From Candidatus Bathyarchaeia archaeon (GTDB lineage Archaea; Thermoproteota; Bathyarchaeia; Bathyarchaeales; Bathycorpusculaceae), in contig JBEKKK010000001.1 in the NCBI GenBank assembly GCA_050010755.1, positions 832,001 through 896,000 on the forward strand: 64,000 nt of DNA, written 5' to 3'. The position numbers and the translations under genes were made by a program. Numbering within the stretch: the stretch's first letter is position 1; each line of letters begins with the position of its first letter. Below, one piece after another: positions 19,845 through 29,391 of this stretch. Under the pieces are notes generated by a model. It had not been told where the DNA came from. It saw only the letters and a program-made list of their open reading frames with translations, and did no database searches.

Positions 19845-20264
19845 TCAGACGGCCAACTTGCGCCAGAGCCTCAACGTTTCATACCAGAAAACAAGAACCA
19901 TGACGGCGCAAACAGCCACCAAGAACACTGTGAAACCTTGCCCGTAAAAGACTTCAAACGAAAAGAACGCCACAAGAATGGTGAAGAGCAACGAAAAGAA
20001 GAACAGCTGCGGGACTATCGCGGGACCTACTCTTGAGTAGCCGTCAAGAACCTTAATCGACGCTTCCTTCACCGCAGAATATCTGCCTTGCTCATCCTGC
20101 ACCGCAAAGCCAGCCTCCAAAAGCTTCCCAAGATGATAAGAAGCCAGAGAAGCCGACGATAAGCCGACTCCACGCTGAACATCCCGAAGCTCAGACGGAC
20201 CGTGCCTGAGCAAGTACATATAAACCTTAAGCGTATTGCCCCTAACTTCCTGACTGACTGACAT
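19845..20264 (-). CDS. Winged-helix regulator with two C-terminal transmembrane helices
   Basis: RGNTLKVYMYLL...RDVQRGVGLSSASLASYHLGKLLEAG wHTH, followed by two hydrophobic segments. Confidence 0.75.
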   Translation of the reverse strand: MSVSQEVRGNTLKVYMYLLRHGPSELRDVQRGVGLSSASLASYHLGKLLEAGFAVQDEQGRYSAVKEASIKVLDGYSRVGPAIVPQLFFFSLLFTILVAFFSFEVFYGQGFTVFLVAVCAVMVLVFWYETLRLWRKLAV

Positions 20265-20447
20265 CCAAGAAAACAGATGAACAAAAGGCTTTTAACCCTT
20301 ATGAAGCCCAAGCCCACGATGGCCATCTCAAATCAAGCTGCTGAAGACCTAAAAATACACGTGCCCGACGTCTTCCCACCGTCATCAGTGACCCATGACC
20401 GATCATTACTCTTACTCTACAGGCGCGTAAGGAGTACCGGAAAGACG

Positions 20448-20717
20448 CTAGGACAGAAGATCAGACAAAAGAGCGTTCAATTCTTCTTTACTCTGCAAAT
20501 CGCGGAAAATGGCCTTGCCGCTTCCATACAAACGGAAAGAATACTTTCCGAACGTCAATTCAAAAATTATTCCGGCGATGGACTTTTTGACGGTGCCCTT
20601 TGCAAGAATCTTCTTCACTGCCTCATCTTTCTTTTCAAACTTGAACATCACGATGACATCTTGTTCCTTGCCGCACGTCCCCTCAGTCCTAGCCACGTAA
20701 TCCTCTACGGCAACCAT
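20448..20717 (-). CDS. Small single-Cys protein, last gene of the Fe-S operon
   Basis: TAATG overlap with sufS. TCG and RLYGSGKAIF resemble the C-terminal domain of some ThiF/MoeB proteins. Confidence 0.65.
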   Translation of the reverse strand: MVAVEDYVARTEGTCGKEQDVIVMFKFEKKDEAVKKILAKGTVKKSIAGIIFELTFGKYSFRLYGSGKAIFRDLQSKEELNALLSDLLS

Positions 20718-21952
20718 TAAAACTTGCCAATCTCCTTCAGGACTTCTGTGAACCTGTCAATCTCTTCCCGCGTGTTGTATATGTAAAAGCTGGCCCTCGC
20801 GGTTGAGTTCAGCTTGAACACCTCATGCAGGGGCTGCGCACAGTGAAAGCCGCTTCTAACCATTATGCCGTAGTTGTCAAGAAACAGGGCAACATCATGG
20901 GAACTGAGACCCTCGATTCCAAAGGGAATTATCCCGCACTTAACAGACGTATCCTCAGTTCCAAAGATCCTGGCTTTCTCAACCTTTTTAATGCGTGGCA
21001 AGGCATATTTTGTCAGCATCTCCTCGTGTGCCCTCACATTACTCATGCCCAAACGCTTGAGGTATCTCACGGCCTCCATCAAGCCCACAGCGCCGCTGAC
21101 GTTCGGAGTTCCAGCCTCAAACTTCCACGGCAACGTATTCCACGATATTGAACACATTTTCTTTCTCGGATCGAAGGAGACTTCCCGAATCATCCCTCCT
21201 CCACCCTGAAAAGGCTCCATCCTTTCCAGAATGTCCTTCTTGCCGTACAGAACACCTATCCCCGTAGGCCCCAGCATCTTGTGACCCGAAAAAGCCAGAA
21301 AGTCAACGTCCAAATCCTTCACGTCCACCGGCATGTGAGGAACGGACTGTGCTCCGTCTATCAGAACCAGCGCGCCGTTCTCATGGGCAACTCTTACGAC
21401 CCTCTTAACATCATTCACGATTCCAGTGACGTTCGAAACGTGCGAGAGGGCAACGATCCTGGTCTTTGCCGATATCAGGTTCTCGAACGATTCATAGTTT
21501 AGCGTTCCGTCGTCCTTGACTTCGCCATACTTCACGTTTGCCTTTGTGATTCCTGAGATTATGTTCCAAGGAACGATGTTGCTATGATGCTCCATCAGCG
21601 AGACGAGGATTTCGTCGCCCTTCTTCAGGCTGTGAAGCCCCCAAGCGTAAGCCACCAGGTTAATGGCCTCCGTCGTTCCCCTCACAAAAACTGTCTCTTC
21701 CATACCATTCGCGTTAATGAACCCCGCTACTTCTTCGTGGGCTCTCTCGTAGAGGTCTGTGGCTTCCTGTGAGAGCGTGTGGACGGCTCTGTGCACGCCT
21801 GCGTTGTGGTTCTCGTAAAAATCTCGGATTGCGTTGATGACCTGTCTCGGCTTCTGCGAGGTCGCGGCGTTGTCAAAGTAGATGAGCGGGTTGTCATTCA
21901 CTATTCGCTTGAGGATGGGAAAATCTTCCCTAATCTTGCTGGTGTCCAGCAC
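20717..21952 (-). CDS. sufS: Cysteine desulfurase, group II
   Basis: YFDNAATSQKP, MEHHSN, DGAQS, SGHKMLGPTG, RSGFHCAQP and RASF are all intact. Confidence 0.95.
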   Translation of the reverse strand: MLDTSKIREDFPILKRIVNDNPLIYFDNAATSQKPRQVINAIRDFYENHNAGVHRAVHTLSQEATDLYERAHEEVAGFINANGMEETVFVRGTTEAINLVAYAWGLHSLKKGDEILVSLMEHHSNIVPWNIISGITKANVKYGEVKDDGTLNYESFENLISAKTRIVALSHVSNVTGIVNDVKRVVRVAHENGALVLIDGAQSVPHMPVDVKDLDVDFLAFSGHKMLGPTGIGVLYGKKDILERMEPFQGGGGMIREVSFDPRKKMCSISWNTLPWKFEAGTPNVSGAVGLMEAVRYLKRLGMSNVRAHEEMLTKYALPRIKKVEKARIFGTEDTSVKCGIIPFGIEGLSSHDVALFLDNYGIMVRSGFHCAQPLHEVFKLNSTARASFYIYNTREEIDRFTEVLKEIGKF

Positions 21953-22458
21953 TATTTTCCCTCAGCTGCCTTCATCCTCTTCGACAGCATCCTCGCAAGT
22001 TCCTCTTCTTCCAACGCTTGCTTCTCTTCAAAACTAGGTTCTGGCTGCATCCAACTCGGAGACTGGTTGTTCACGAAATACTTTCTTATGGCCCTCTTGA
22101 GCGCTCCGACGGCTAATATGCCGCAATGGAACTTGACGCTGGGGAGCCCGCCCACGGCTTCCGTCACGCTTTTGTAAGAAACTTTCCAAGCATCTTCCAG
22201 CTTCAACCCCTTGATCATCTCTGTGACTATGCTTGAAGTGGCAATGTTTGCCGCGCAACCGTAGCTTTCAAAAGAAGCCTTCTCAATAACGTCTTGATCG
22301 TTGATTTTCAGGTAGAACGTTATCATGTCCCCGCACATGGGGTTTCCAGCCACTGAAACGACAGTGGCGTCTTCCATCTTTCCCAAGTTCTTAGGGTTCT
22401 TGAACAGTTCAAGAATCTTCGGATTGTAAGGTAATGGTGCTCTCGACACACTACTCAA
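21952..22458 (-). CDS. iscU: IscU/NifU-N type Fe-S scaffold with C-terminal extension
   Basis: NPMCGD, YGCA and LPSVKFHC give three Cys, the Asp and an LPPVK-like motif. Confidence 0.9.
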   Translation of the reverse strand: MSSVSRAPLPYNPKILELFKNPKNLGKMEDATVVSVAGNPMCGDMITFYLKINDQDVIEKASFESYGCAANIATSSIVTEMIKGLKLEDAWKVSYKSVTEAVGGLPSVKFHCGILAVGALKRAIRKYFVNNQSPSWMQPEPSFEEKQALEEEELARMLSKRMKAAEGK

Positions 22459-23674
22459 CTCCTGTGGAACCGGTTATACTTCTTATCCTCTCAACGGCTA
22501 GTGGAATAACATTCAAGGCGCAGTTTATGTCCTCTTCGGTGTGGAACCTGCTAACCTTCATCAGTATGCTGCCATGAGCCTGATCAAACTGCCTGCCTAT
22601 GGCGACGAGAACATGGCTCGGCTGCAACAACCTCCTCGAACACGCGCTGCCGCTTGAGACGTAGATGCCGCTAAGACTCAACTCGATCGTTAACGCTTCT
22701 CCTTCGCATCTCAAAAAACTAATGTTCGTGTTGTCAGGAGCTCTCTTCTCCCCTCTCGGTCCATTCAGCAACACGTCAGGCACTCTGCTGAAAATTCCTT
22801 CCGTCAACTTGTCTCGAAGTTGTCGCATGCGATCCGTTCCTGCCTCAAAGTCTTCGAAGGCCAGCTCAGAGGCTTTTGTGAAACCGACGATTAACGGAGT
22901 GTTTTCAACGCCCGGCCAGAGCCTCTGCGTTCCTATCTGGCCTTCCAAGATCTTCTCAATGTTGACACGTTCTTTCACGTACAGAGCGCCTGTTCCGCGA
23001 GGCCCCGAAATCTTGTAGCTGCTGAGCGTCGCCAAATCCACGCCCAGACCCTGCAAGTCGAAGGGAATCTTTCCGTACGCGTCTGAGGCGTCCGTGTGAA
23101 AGACTGTCAGAGCGTTCTTGTCCTTGACTATTCTTGCCGCTTCTCTTATCGGCTGCACCGTCCCAATCTCATGGTTAACTGCCGACAGGCTTACCAGAAC
23201 CGTTTCCTTGTCCACCGCCTCTTTCAACATCTCAAGGTTCAAGAAGCCTTCCTCGTCCACGGGAATCTTCGTCAAGGTGAATCCGTTCTTTTGAAGCATT
23301 TCCACAACGTTCAGCACGTTTATCGGCTCAATCTCGGAAATCACGATTTTCTTGCCCTTGTCCCTCATGGAGGCCGCGGTTCCCAGGATTGCCAGGTTGT
23401 TCGCCTCAGTCTCTCCGGGTGTGAAGTTGATTTCTTCTGGTGTTTTGCAGCCCGCGAAGGAGGCGATCTTCTGCGCCGACTCCATTATTGTCTCGAAGGC
23501 TTCCCAGCCAGGTTTGTGAGTCAACGTCGGGTTTCCGTATGCGCTTTGATTAAAATAGGGAAGCATCGCCTTGACCACTTCTTCGGGAACCCTGCTCGAA
23601 TTCTCACCGTCAAGGTAAACGTCACACTCCAGCCCTTCATGCGCCTTCAACAGTTCTTTCACATTCTCAATCAT
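22451..23674 (-). CDS. IscS/NifS-like (group I) cysteine desulfurase homolog with a degenerate active site
   Basis: SSGSACS and the Schiff-base Lys are kept, but many PLP- and substrate-binding residues are substituted (see findings). Confidence 0.85.
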   Translation of the reverse strand: MIENVKELLKAHEGLECDVYLDGENSSRVPEEVVKAMLPYFNQSAYGNPTLTHKPGWEAFETIMESAQKIASFAGCKTPEEINFTPGETEANNLAILGTAASMRDKGKKIVISEIEPINVLNVVEMLQKNGFTLTKIPVDEEGFLNLEMLKEAVDKETVLVSLSAVNHEIGTVQPIREAARIVKDKNALTVFHTDASDAYGKIPFDLQGLGVDLATLSSYKISGPRGTGALYVKERVNIEKILEGQIGTQRLWPGVENTPLIVGFTKASELAFEDFEAGTDRMRQLRDKLTEGIFSRVPDVLLNGPRGEKRAPDNTNISFLRCEGEALTIELSLSGIYVSSGSACSRRLLQPSHVLVAIGRQFDQAHGSILMKVSRFHTEEDINCALNVIPLAVERIRSITGSTGVE

Positions 23675-23816
23675 CGCGCGTTCAGCCTCTCCGTTTGCAA
23701 ACCGATTTCATCATGCTAATTATTCCTACTCTCTAATAAGAAAATCTGATTTGCGCAACGGTTTAAATGACTGCTCATTCTAAACCTTTCGTAACGGAAC
23801 AATCGGGCGCGGTCAA

Positions 23817-26048
23817 GTGAAAATAGCGGAACTCTCTATACCAGAAGCCGTCAAAGAATTGACGATTAGGTCTGGAATCGTTGAGCTTTATCCACCGCAG
23901 GAGGAAGCCGTGAAGGCGGGGGCTCTCGAAGGAAAAAACCTAGTCCTAGCCAGCCCGACAGCTTCTGGAAAAACTCTGGTCGCCGAGTTCTGCGCCTTAA
24001 AACACATATTGGAAAAGAATGGAAAAGCCGTTTATCTCACGCCTCTGAGAGCCTTGGCGAGCGAGAAATATGAGGAGTTCAAAAAGTACACGGCGATAAC
24101 GAAGAAGAGCGGAAGAAGAATAAGCGTCGGAATAAGCACGGGCGACTTCGACAGCACCGATGCATGGCTGGAAAGGTATGACATCATAATTACCACGAAC
24201 GAGAAGGCCGACTCTCTTCTGAGGCACAGGGCCAAGTGGATGGATGAAATTTCCCTCGTGGTTGCGGATGAGGTTCACTTGCTGAACGAAGCCGAGCGCG
24301 GACCGACATTGGAGGTGGTCTTGGCCAGACTCATGCTCACCAACCCTGGTGTGCAGATATTGGCGCTGAGCGCAACGATAAACAACGTGGACGAAATCGC
24401 CCAGTGGCTAAAAGCAGATTACGTTACCACCGAGTGGCGCCCCGTTGCCCTCAAAGAAGGCGTCCTACTCAACGAAGAAGTCCAATACAGAGACGGGGAC
24501 GCTCGCACGCTGGAGAAAAAAGCTCGCGATCCAACTTTAAACCTGATTCTAACCACCGTGAAAACCGGAGGCCAGGCCCTGGTCTTCGCTTCCACTAGGA
24601 AGAACGCGGCGACTCTGGCCAAGAGAATCGCAGGCGAAATCGAGCCTGTCCTGTCCAAACCTGCAAAACGCTCTCTGGAGCACGATGCAAATCGCATCCT
24701 TGCCGCTGGAGAAAGAACATCGCTCGGCGACTCGCTCGCAGAAATAGTCAAGTGCGGCACCGCGTTCCATCACGCTGGCTTGGGTGGAGGCCACCGAAAG
24801 CTGATAGAGGACGCTTTCAGGCAGGGAAGAATCAAAGTCCTGACAGCAACCCCGACGCTAGCATTCGGCGTAAACTTGCCAGCAAGAACGGTCGTCATCC
24901 ACGACTACAGGAGATACGAGGCAGGCTACGGATACTACCCAATCAGCGTCTTAGAGTACAAGCAGATGGCAGGCAGGGCAGGCAGACCAAAGTACGACAA
25001 GACAGGCGAAGCCATACTGGTTGCCAAAACCAACGACGAAGCAGACTACTTGATGGAAAGCTACGTACTCGCGAGGCCAGAACGCATATGGTCCAGACTA
25101 GCCGTTGAAAGGATAATGAGAACTCACGTTCTTGCAACCGTCGCCGCGGACTACGCCCACACCGAACGCGGCATCTACGAGTTCTTCGGCAAGACCTTCT
25201 ACGCCTTTCAGTATGACGTCAACGCCATCAAGGGCATAATAGCCAAGATTCTAAAGTACCTGTACGATGAGGACATGATAGAAGTCTTCGGCGAAGACAT
25301 CAACGCCACAAAATTCGGAAAACGAGTCAGCGAACTCTACATCGACCCGTTCTCAGCGGTAATAGTGCGCGATGCGCTGAGACGAAAACCCGCATTCTTG
25401 ACAGATTTCAGTCTACTTCACATGATCGCGCACACTCCAGACATGGGTCCCGTTCTGCGACCATACTCGCGGGAGTTCGACGAGATTTCAGTTTTCTTAG
25501 AAGAACACAAGGAAGAGCTGCTAATAGCCCCGCCCGACGAGCTCCAAGACAACATCGCCTACGAAGAGTTTCTCGGAGAAGTCAAAACGGCCATGACCAT
25601 GAACGCGTGGATCGAAGAAATAAGCGAAGAGCAGCTAATAGAAAAGTTCAGAGTTCAACCAGGAGACCTCTATCGAACGATTGAAAACGCCAAGTGGCTA
25701 CTCCACGCCACACACGAACTCGCACAGCTTTTCGGCAACAAGCAGATGCTACCACACATCCTAGAAGTGAACAAAAGAGTGGAGAAAGGAGTGAAAAAAG
25801 AACTGCTACCCCTCGTAAAACTTGAAGGAATCGGCCGAGTCCGCGGACGCATAATCTACAACGCAGGATACAAATCTACCGAAGAGATAAAAAAAGCATC
25901 CCTAAACGACCTGGCCAATCTTCCACTAATAGGACCAAAGCTTGCCAAAAAAATAAAGGAACAAATCGGCGGCTTCGTCAAAAAAGAAACCCTGGAAAAA
26001 CTTGACAGAGAAGCAGAATGGAAACAAAAAGCACTAACAGAATTCTAA
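23817..26048 (+). CDS. hel308: Ski2-like DNA helicase Hel308
   Basis: PTASGKT, DEVH, LSATI, FHHAGL and QMAGRAGRP motifs, plus a C-terminal HhH. Confidence 0.93.
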   Translation: MKIAELSIPEAVKELTIRSGIVELYPPQEEAVKAGALEGKNLVLASPTASGKTLVAEFCALKHILEKNGKAVYLTPLRALASEKYEEFKKYTAITKKSGRRISVGISTGDFDSTDAWLERYDIIITTNEKADSLLRHRAKWMDEISLVVADEVHLLNEAERGPTLEVVLARLMLTNPGVQILALSATINNVDEIAQWLKADYVTTEWRPVALKEGVLLNEEVQYRDGDARTLEKKARDPTLNLILTTVKTGGQALVFASTRKNAATLAKRIAGEIEPVLSKPAKRSLEHDANRILAAGERTSLGDSLAEIVKCGTAFHHAGLGGGHRKLIEDAFRQGRIKVLTATPTLAFGVNLPARTVVIHDYRRYEAGYGYYPISVLEYKQMAGRAGRPKYDKTGEAILVAKTNDEADYLMESYVLARPERIWSRLAVERIMRTHVLATVAADYAHTERGIYEFFGKTFYAFQYDVNAIKGIIAKILKYLYDEDMIEVFGEDINATKFGKRVSELYIDPFSAVIVRDALRRKPAFLTDFSLLHMIAHTPDMGPVLRPYSREFDEISVFLEEHKEELLIAPPDELQDNIAYEEFLGEVKTAMTMNAWIEEISEEQLIEKFRVQPGDLYRTIENAKWLLHATHELAQLFGNKQMLPHILEVNKRVEKGVKKELLPLVKLEGIGRVRGRIIYNAGYKSTEEIKKASLNDLANLPLIGPKLAKKIKEQIGGFVKKETLEKLDREAEWKQKALTEF

Positions 26049-26130
26049 CCCTGCCCAAGACTTTTTTGGCCAACAGTATTTAGAAATAATTTTCAGGCTT
26101 CAAGCATCTGGGATTCTTGCGTCAGAAGAA

Positions 26131-27492
26131 TTATTCTCTTGTTCGACGCTCGTCCATGGTTTTCTTGACCACAGAATCGATTTGGCTTAACGTCGTGCCC
26201 AGATAATTCCTAGGGTTCAGGGCTTTTTCTATCTCTTTCTTGTTCAACCTTTTCATCACAATCTTATCTTCTTGCAGTACTTCTTTGAACGGCCGTCCCT
26301 CTCGTTCACTTTTCAGCGTCAGTCTTCTCATCAGTTCGTGAGCTTCCTGTCTATCCATGCCATTCCGCGCCAAAGCCATCATCACCGCTTCAGACATCAG
26401 ACGGCCCTGAGTCAATCCAATATTAGCTAACATCCTCTGCTCGTCTACGCACAGTTTTCCGATTACGCCGCTCATGAGAAAAAGCATGTAATCCGTCACG
26501 ATGCATATCTCAGGAAATATGAAGCGTTCGGCGGATGACTGGGTCAAGTCTCGTTCGTGCCAGGTCGTAACGTCCTCCAGTGACGGAGCGACCAGGCTTC
26601 TGGCGATCCTTGCCAGGCCGCAGATTCTCTCACAGGTCTCGGGGTTCCGTTTGTGCGGCATAGTAGAACTGCCAACCTGTTTTTCGCCTTCAAAGTATTC
26701 GGAGAGTTCACCGATTTCGGGTCTCTGCAGTTCGCGGATTTCCGTTGCGAAATTCTCCAGTGTAGAGGCAATTCCGGCCAGCACGCACACCATTTCAGCG
26801 TGGCGGTCTCTCTGCACGATTTGGGTTGAAATGTCGGCGGGTTCAATTCGCAGTCTTTGCATGACGAGCTTCTGAATTCTATCTGCCTTCGTGCCCAGAC
26901 CCGCCTGCGTGCCCACTGCACCGCTCATTTTTCCGACTACGACGCGCCGCTGGCATTGTCTGAGACGTTCAATTTGCCTCGAAACCTCGCGGGTCCAAAC
27001 GGCGAACTTGAAACCCAACGTAATCGGCAAGGCATGCTGTCCATGGGTCCTGCCGACCATCAGCGTGTTCTTGTACTTCAAGGTTTTTTCCATCAATACC
27101 TTTTCAAGCTCGCAGAGTCTGGCATCAATGAGTTGCAGCGCATCCTTCAACTGCAGAGCGGTAGCAGTGTCCACTATGTCATAGCTCGTGGCACCTAGAT
27201 GAACATAGGCTCCGCTCGTCCCGCAAGCTTCGGCGAGAGCCCTGACCAAAGAGGCAATGTCATGCTTTATTTCACGTTCAATCTCCTTGATTCGGCGCAG
27301 TTCCACACGCTCCAGCAAACACACAGACGCGATTTTCTCCGCATCCTTACGAGGCACATCCCCCACTTCAGCGTGCGCCCAGGCCAAAGCAGCCTCAACG
27401 TCAAGCATCTTCTGGACCCGCGTCTCCTCCTCAAAAATCTTCTTCATTTCAGGCGTGCCATAACGGCCCGTGTCAACTGGAAGAATCGGCAA
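26131..27492 (-). CDS. purB: Adenylosuccinate lyase
   Basis: HLGATSYD, GRTHGQHA, GSSTMPHKRNP and WHERDL motifs. Confidence 0.95.
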   Translation of the reverse strand: MPILPVDTGRYGTPEMKKIFEEETRVQKMLDVEAALAWAHAEVGDVPRKDAEKIASVCLLERVELRRIKEIEREIKHDIASLVRALAEACGTSGAYVHLGATSYDIVDTATALQLKDALQLIDARLCELEKVLMEKTLKYKNTLMVGRTHGQHALPITLGFKFAVWTREVSRQIERLRQCQRRVVVGKMSGAVGTQAGLGTKADRIQKLVMQRLRIEPADISTQIVQRDRHAEMVCVLAGIASTLENFATEIRELQRPEIGELSEYFEGEKQVGSSTMPHKRNPETCERICGLARIARSLVAPSLEDVTTWHERDLTQSSAERFIFPEICIVTDYMLFLMSGVIGKLCVDEQRMLANIGLTQGRLMSEAVMMALARNGMDRQEAHELMRRLTLKSEREGRPFKEVLQEDKIVMKRLNKKEIEKALNPRNYLGTTLSQIDSVVKKTMDERRTRE

Positions 27493-27579
27493 CTTCAGCG
27501 TCCCTCATGAAGAGTAAGCTGACTAAAGATTAATGCTTTACCAAACACTGTAGAACCCTCGCAGGAAGGCTCCTGTGAA

Positions 27580-29028
27580 ATGGGTGCGCTAGTTGCGGTT
27601 CTTGACAAGACAGGCGAGAACGCCATCAGAACAGCGCTAACCATGATCGAAGCGATGAACTCCAACAAGCCGGAAGCCTACGGGGTAGCCTCTCCGCAAA
27701 CCGTTGGAATAGAAAAGTCCCTTTCGACTCTGCAAAAAACTCGAGTTGAATCTTCAACCGCCGTCGGCTATGCCTTCTCCCAAATTCTTTCTAAAGACAA
27801 GCCTCAACCTTTGAAGTGCGATGACGGAGCAATCGTTTTTGATGGAAGACTCTATCCCGTTGAAACTTCAAGTCCCGATGCCGAGATAGTCGCTAGCCAG
27901 CTCATATCGAATCTTGAACAGGCGACCGCAGTCTTCGCGCAGAAAGCAAACGGTGACTTCGCCCTAGCAGTGGCAAGAACTGAAAAAATCGTCGCGGCCA
28001 GAGACTCTATGGGCGTTCGCCCGCTTTACTATGGCGAAAACGAGGAGTTCGCAGCCCTGGCCTCTGAACGAAAAGCCCTCTGGAGCATCGGAATCAAGGA
28101 CACAAATTCATTTCCCCCTGGATGCGTTTCGCTAGTTGATGGAAACGGTTTCAAATTCACCGTTGCCAGAAGAATCACCTTTTCCAAGCCGAAACAAATC
28201 ACGATGCAGAGGGCCGCGCATGAGCTCCATAGGCTGCTGGAACATTCTGTCAAAGAAAGGGTCTCAGACTTGAAGGAAGTGGCAATCGCATTCTCGGGCG
28301 GCTTAGACAGCAGCATCATAGCTTCTCTGGCAAAGAAAATCAACAACAACGTCGTCTTGGTTCACGTAAGCCTACGGAACGAGCCTGAAGTTGAATACGC
28401 CAAGCAAGCGGCGGAACATCTGAAGCTTCCGCTATACTGCGACCTTCAAGCCGAGGACAAAGTTCTAATGACAATCCAGAAAGTCGTCGCCGCCATAGAG
28501 GAACCAGACCCCATTAAAGTGAGCATAGGAATTCCGATATACTGGGCCGCCGAAAAAACTCGCGAAATGGGCTTTAACACAATGCTGGCAGGACAAGGAG
28601 CGGACGAACTATTCGGCGGCTACAAACGTTACGTGGACGAGTACTTGAAAAGCGGCGCCAAGAGGGCGGAGAAGTCAATTTTCAACGATATCACAAATAT
28701 GTACATAGACAATCTGGAAAGAGACTCCAAAATCTGTAACCACCTGAACGTCGAACTGCGACTGCCTTTCGCAACCATCCAAATGGCAGGTTTCGCATTA
28801 AGCCTACCACTTGAGTTGAAAATGGAGCGAACAAGCTGCACGCTTAGAAAACTCATACTAAGACGAGTGGCCAACGATCTTCTCCTTCCGCCTGAAATCG
28901 CAAACAGACCAAAAAAGGCCATACAATACACGACCGGCATGAACAAGGCCCTCAAGAAAATAGCCAAGCAACAAAGAACGAAAATAGCTCTATACCTCCA
29001 AAAAATGTTCGAAAAAACCTTTCAGTAA
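27580..29028 (+). CDS. Asparagine synthetase B-like protein lacking the N-terminal Cys
   Basis: ARDSMGVRPLYY, FSGGLDSS, GQGADELFGGY and RPKKAIQY motifs. N-terminus is MGAL rather than MCGI. Confidence 0.85.
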   Translation: MGALVAVLDKTGENAIRTALTMIEAMNSNKPEAYGVASPQTVGIEKSLSTLQKTRVESSTAVGYAFSQILSKDKPQPLKCDDGAIVFDGRLYPVETSSPDAEIVASQLISNLEQATAVFAQKANGDFALAVARTEKIVAARDSMGVRPLYYGENEEFAALASERKALWSIGIKDTNSFPPGCVSLVDGNGFKFTVARRITFSKPKQITMQRAAHELHRLLEHSVKERVSDLKEVAIAFSGGLDSSIIASLAKKINNNVVLVHVSLRNEPEVEYAKQAAEHLKLPLYCDLQAEDKVLMTIQKVVAAIEEPDPIKVSIGIPIYWAAEKTREMGFNTMLAGQGADELFGGYKRYVDEYLKSGAKRAEKSIFNDITNMYIDNLERDSKICNHLNVELRLPFATIQMAGFALSLPLELKMERTSCTLRKLILRRVANDLLLPPEIANRPKKAIQYTTGMNKALKKIAKQQRTKIALYLQKMFEKTFQ

Positions 29029-29141
29029 ACGAAAGATCTAGCGGCATGAAAACGTTTACGAGTGAACTGAAAAATTTTGGAATGGTTTAGGGGATAGATG
29101 GAGCGGTTAATGTGTGAAATAGGTGCGTTGAGTCTCGGATT

Positions 29142-29324
29142 TTATTCGACAACTTGGATTGCGCTTTCTGGGCACTGTACTTCGCATGCTCTGCACACTA
29201 GGCATTCTTCAGACTTTACAGCTGTGGACTTGTTGTTCTTTACTTCGTAGACGCCAACTGGGCACGTATCAGCGCATGTGCCGCATCCAGTGCATTTGGC
29301 ATTGTCTATGACTATTTTCACCAT
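29142..29324 (-). CDS. 2[4Fe-4S] ferredoxin
   Basis: CTGCGTCADTCP and CLVCRACEVQCP motifs. Confidence 0.92.
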   Translation of the reverse strand: MVKIVIDNAKCTGCGTCADTCPVGVYEVKNNKSTAVKSEECLVCRACEVQCPESAIQVVE

Positions 29325-29391
29325 TTTTGATTTCTCCCTGAGCTGGAATTTCAGTGAGAAATTAAAGTGGAATAAAAGCGTTTAGGTGCGT

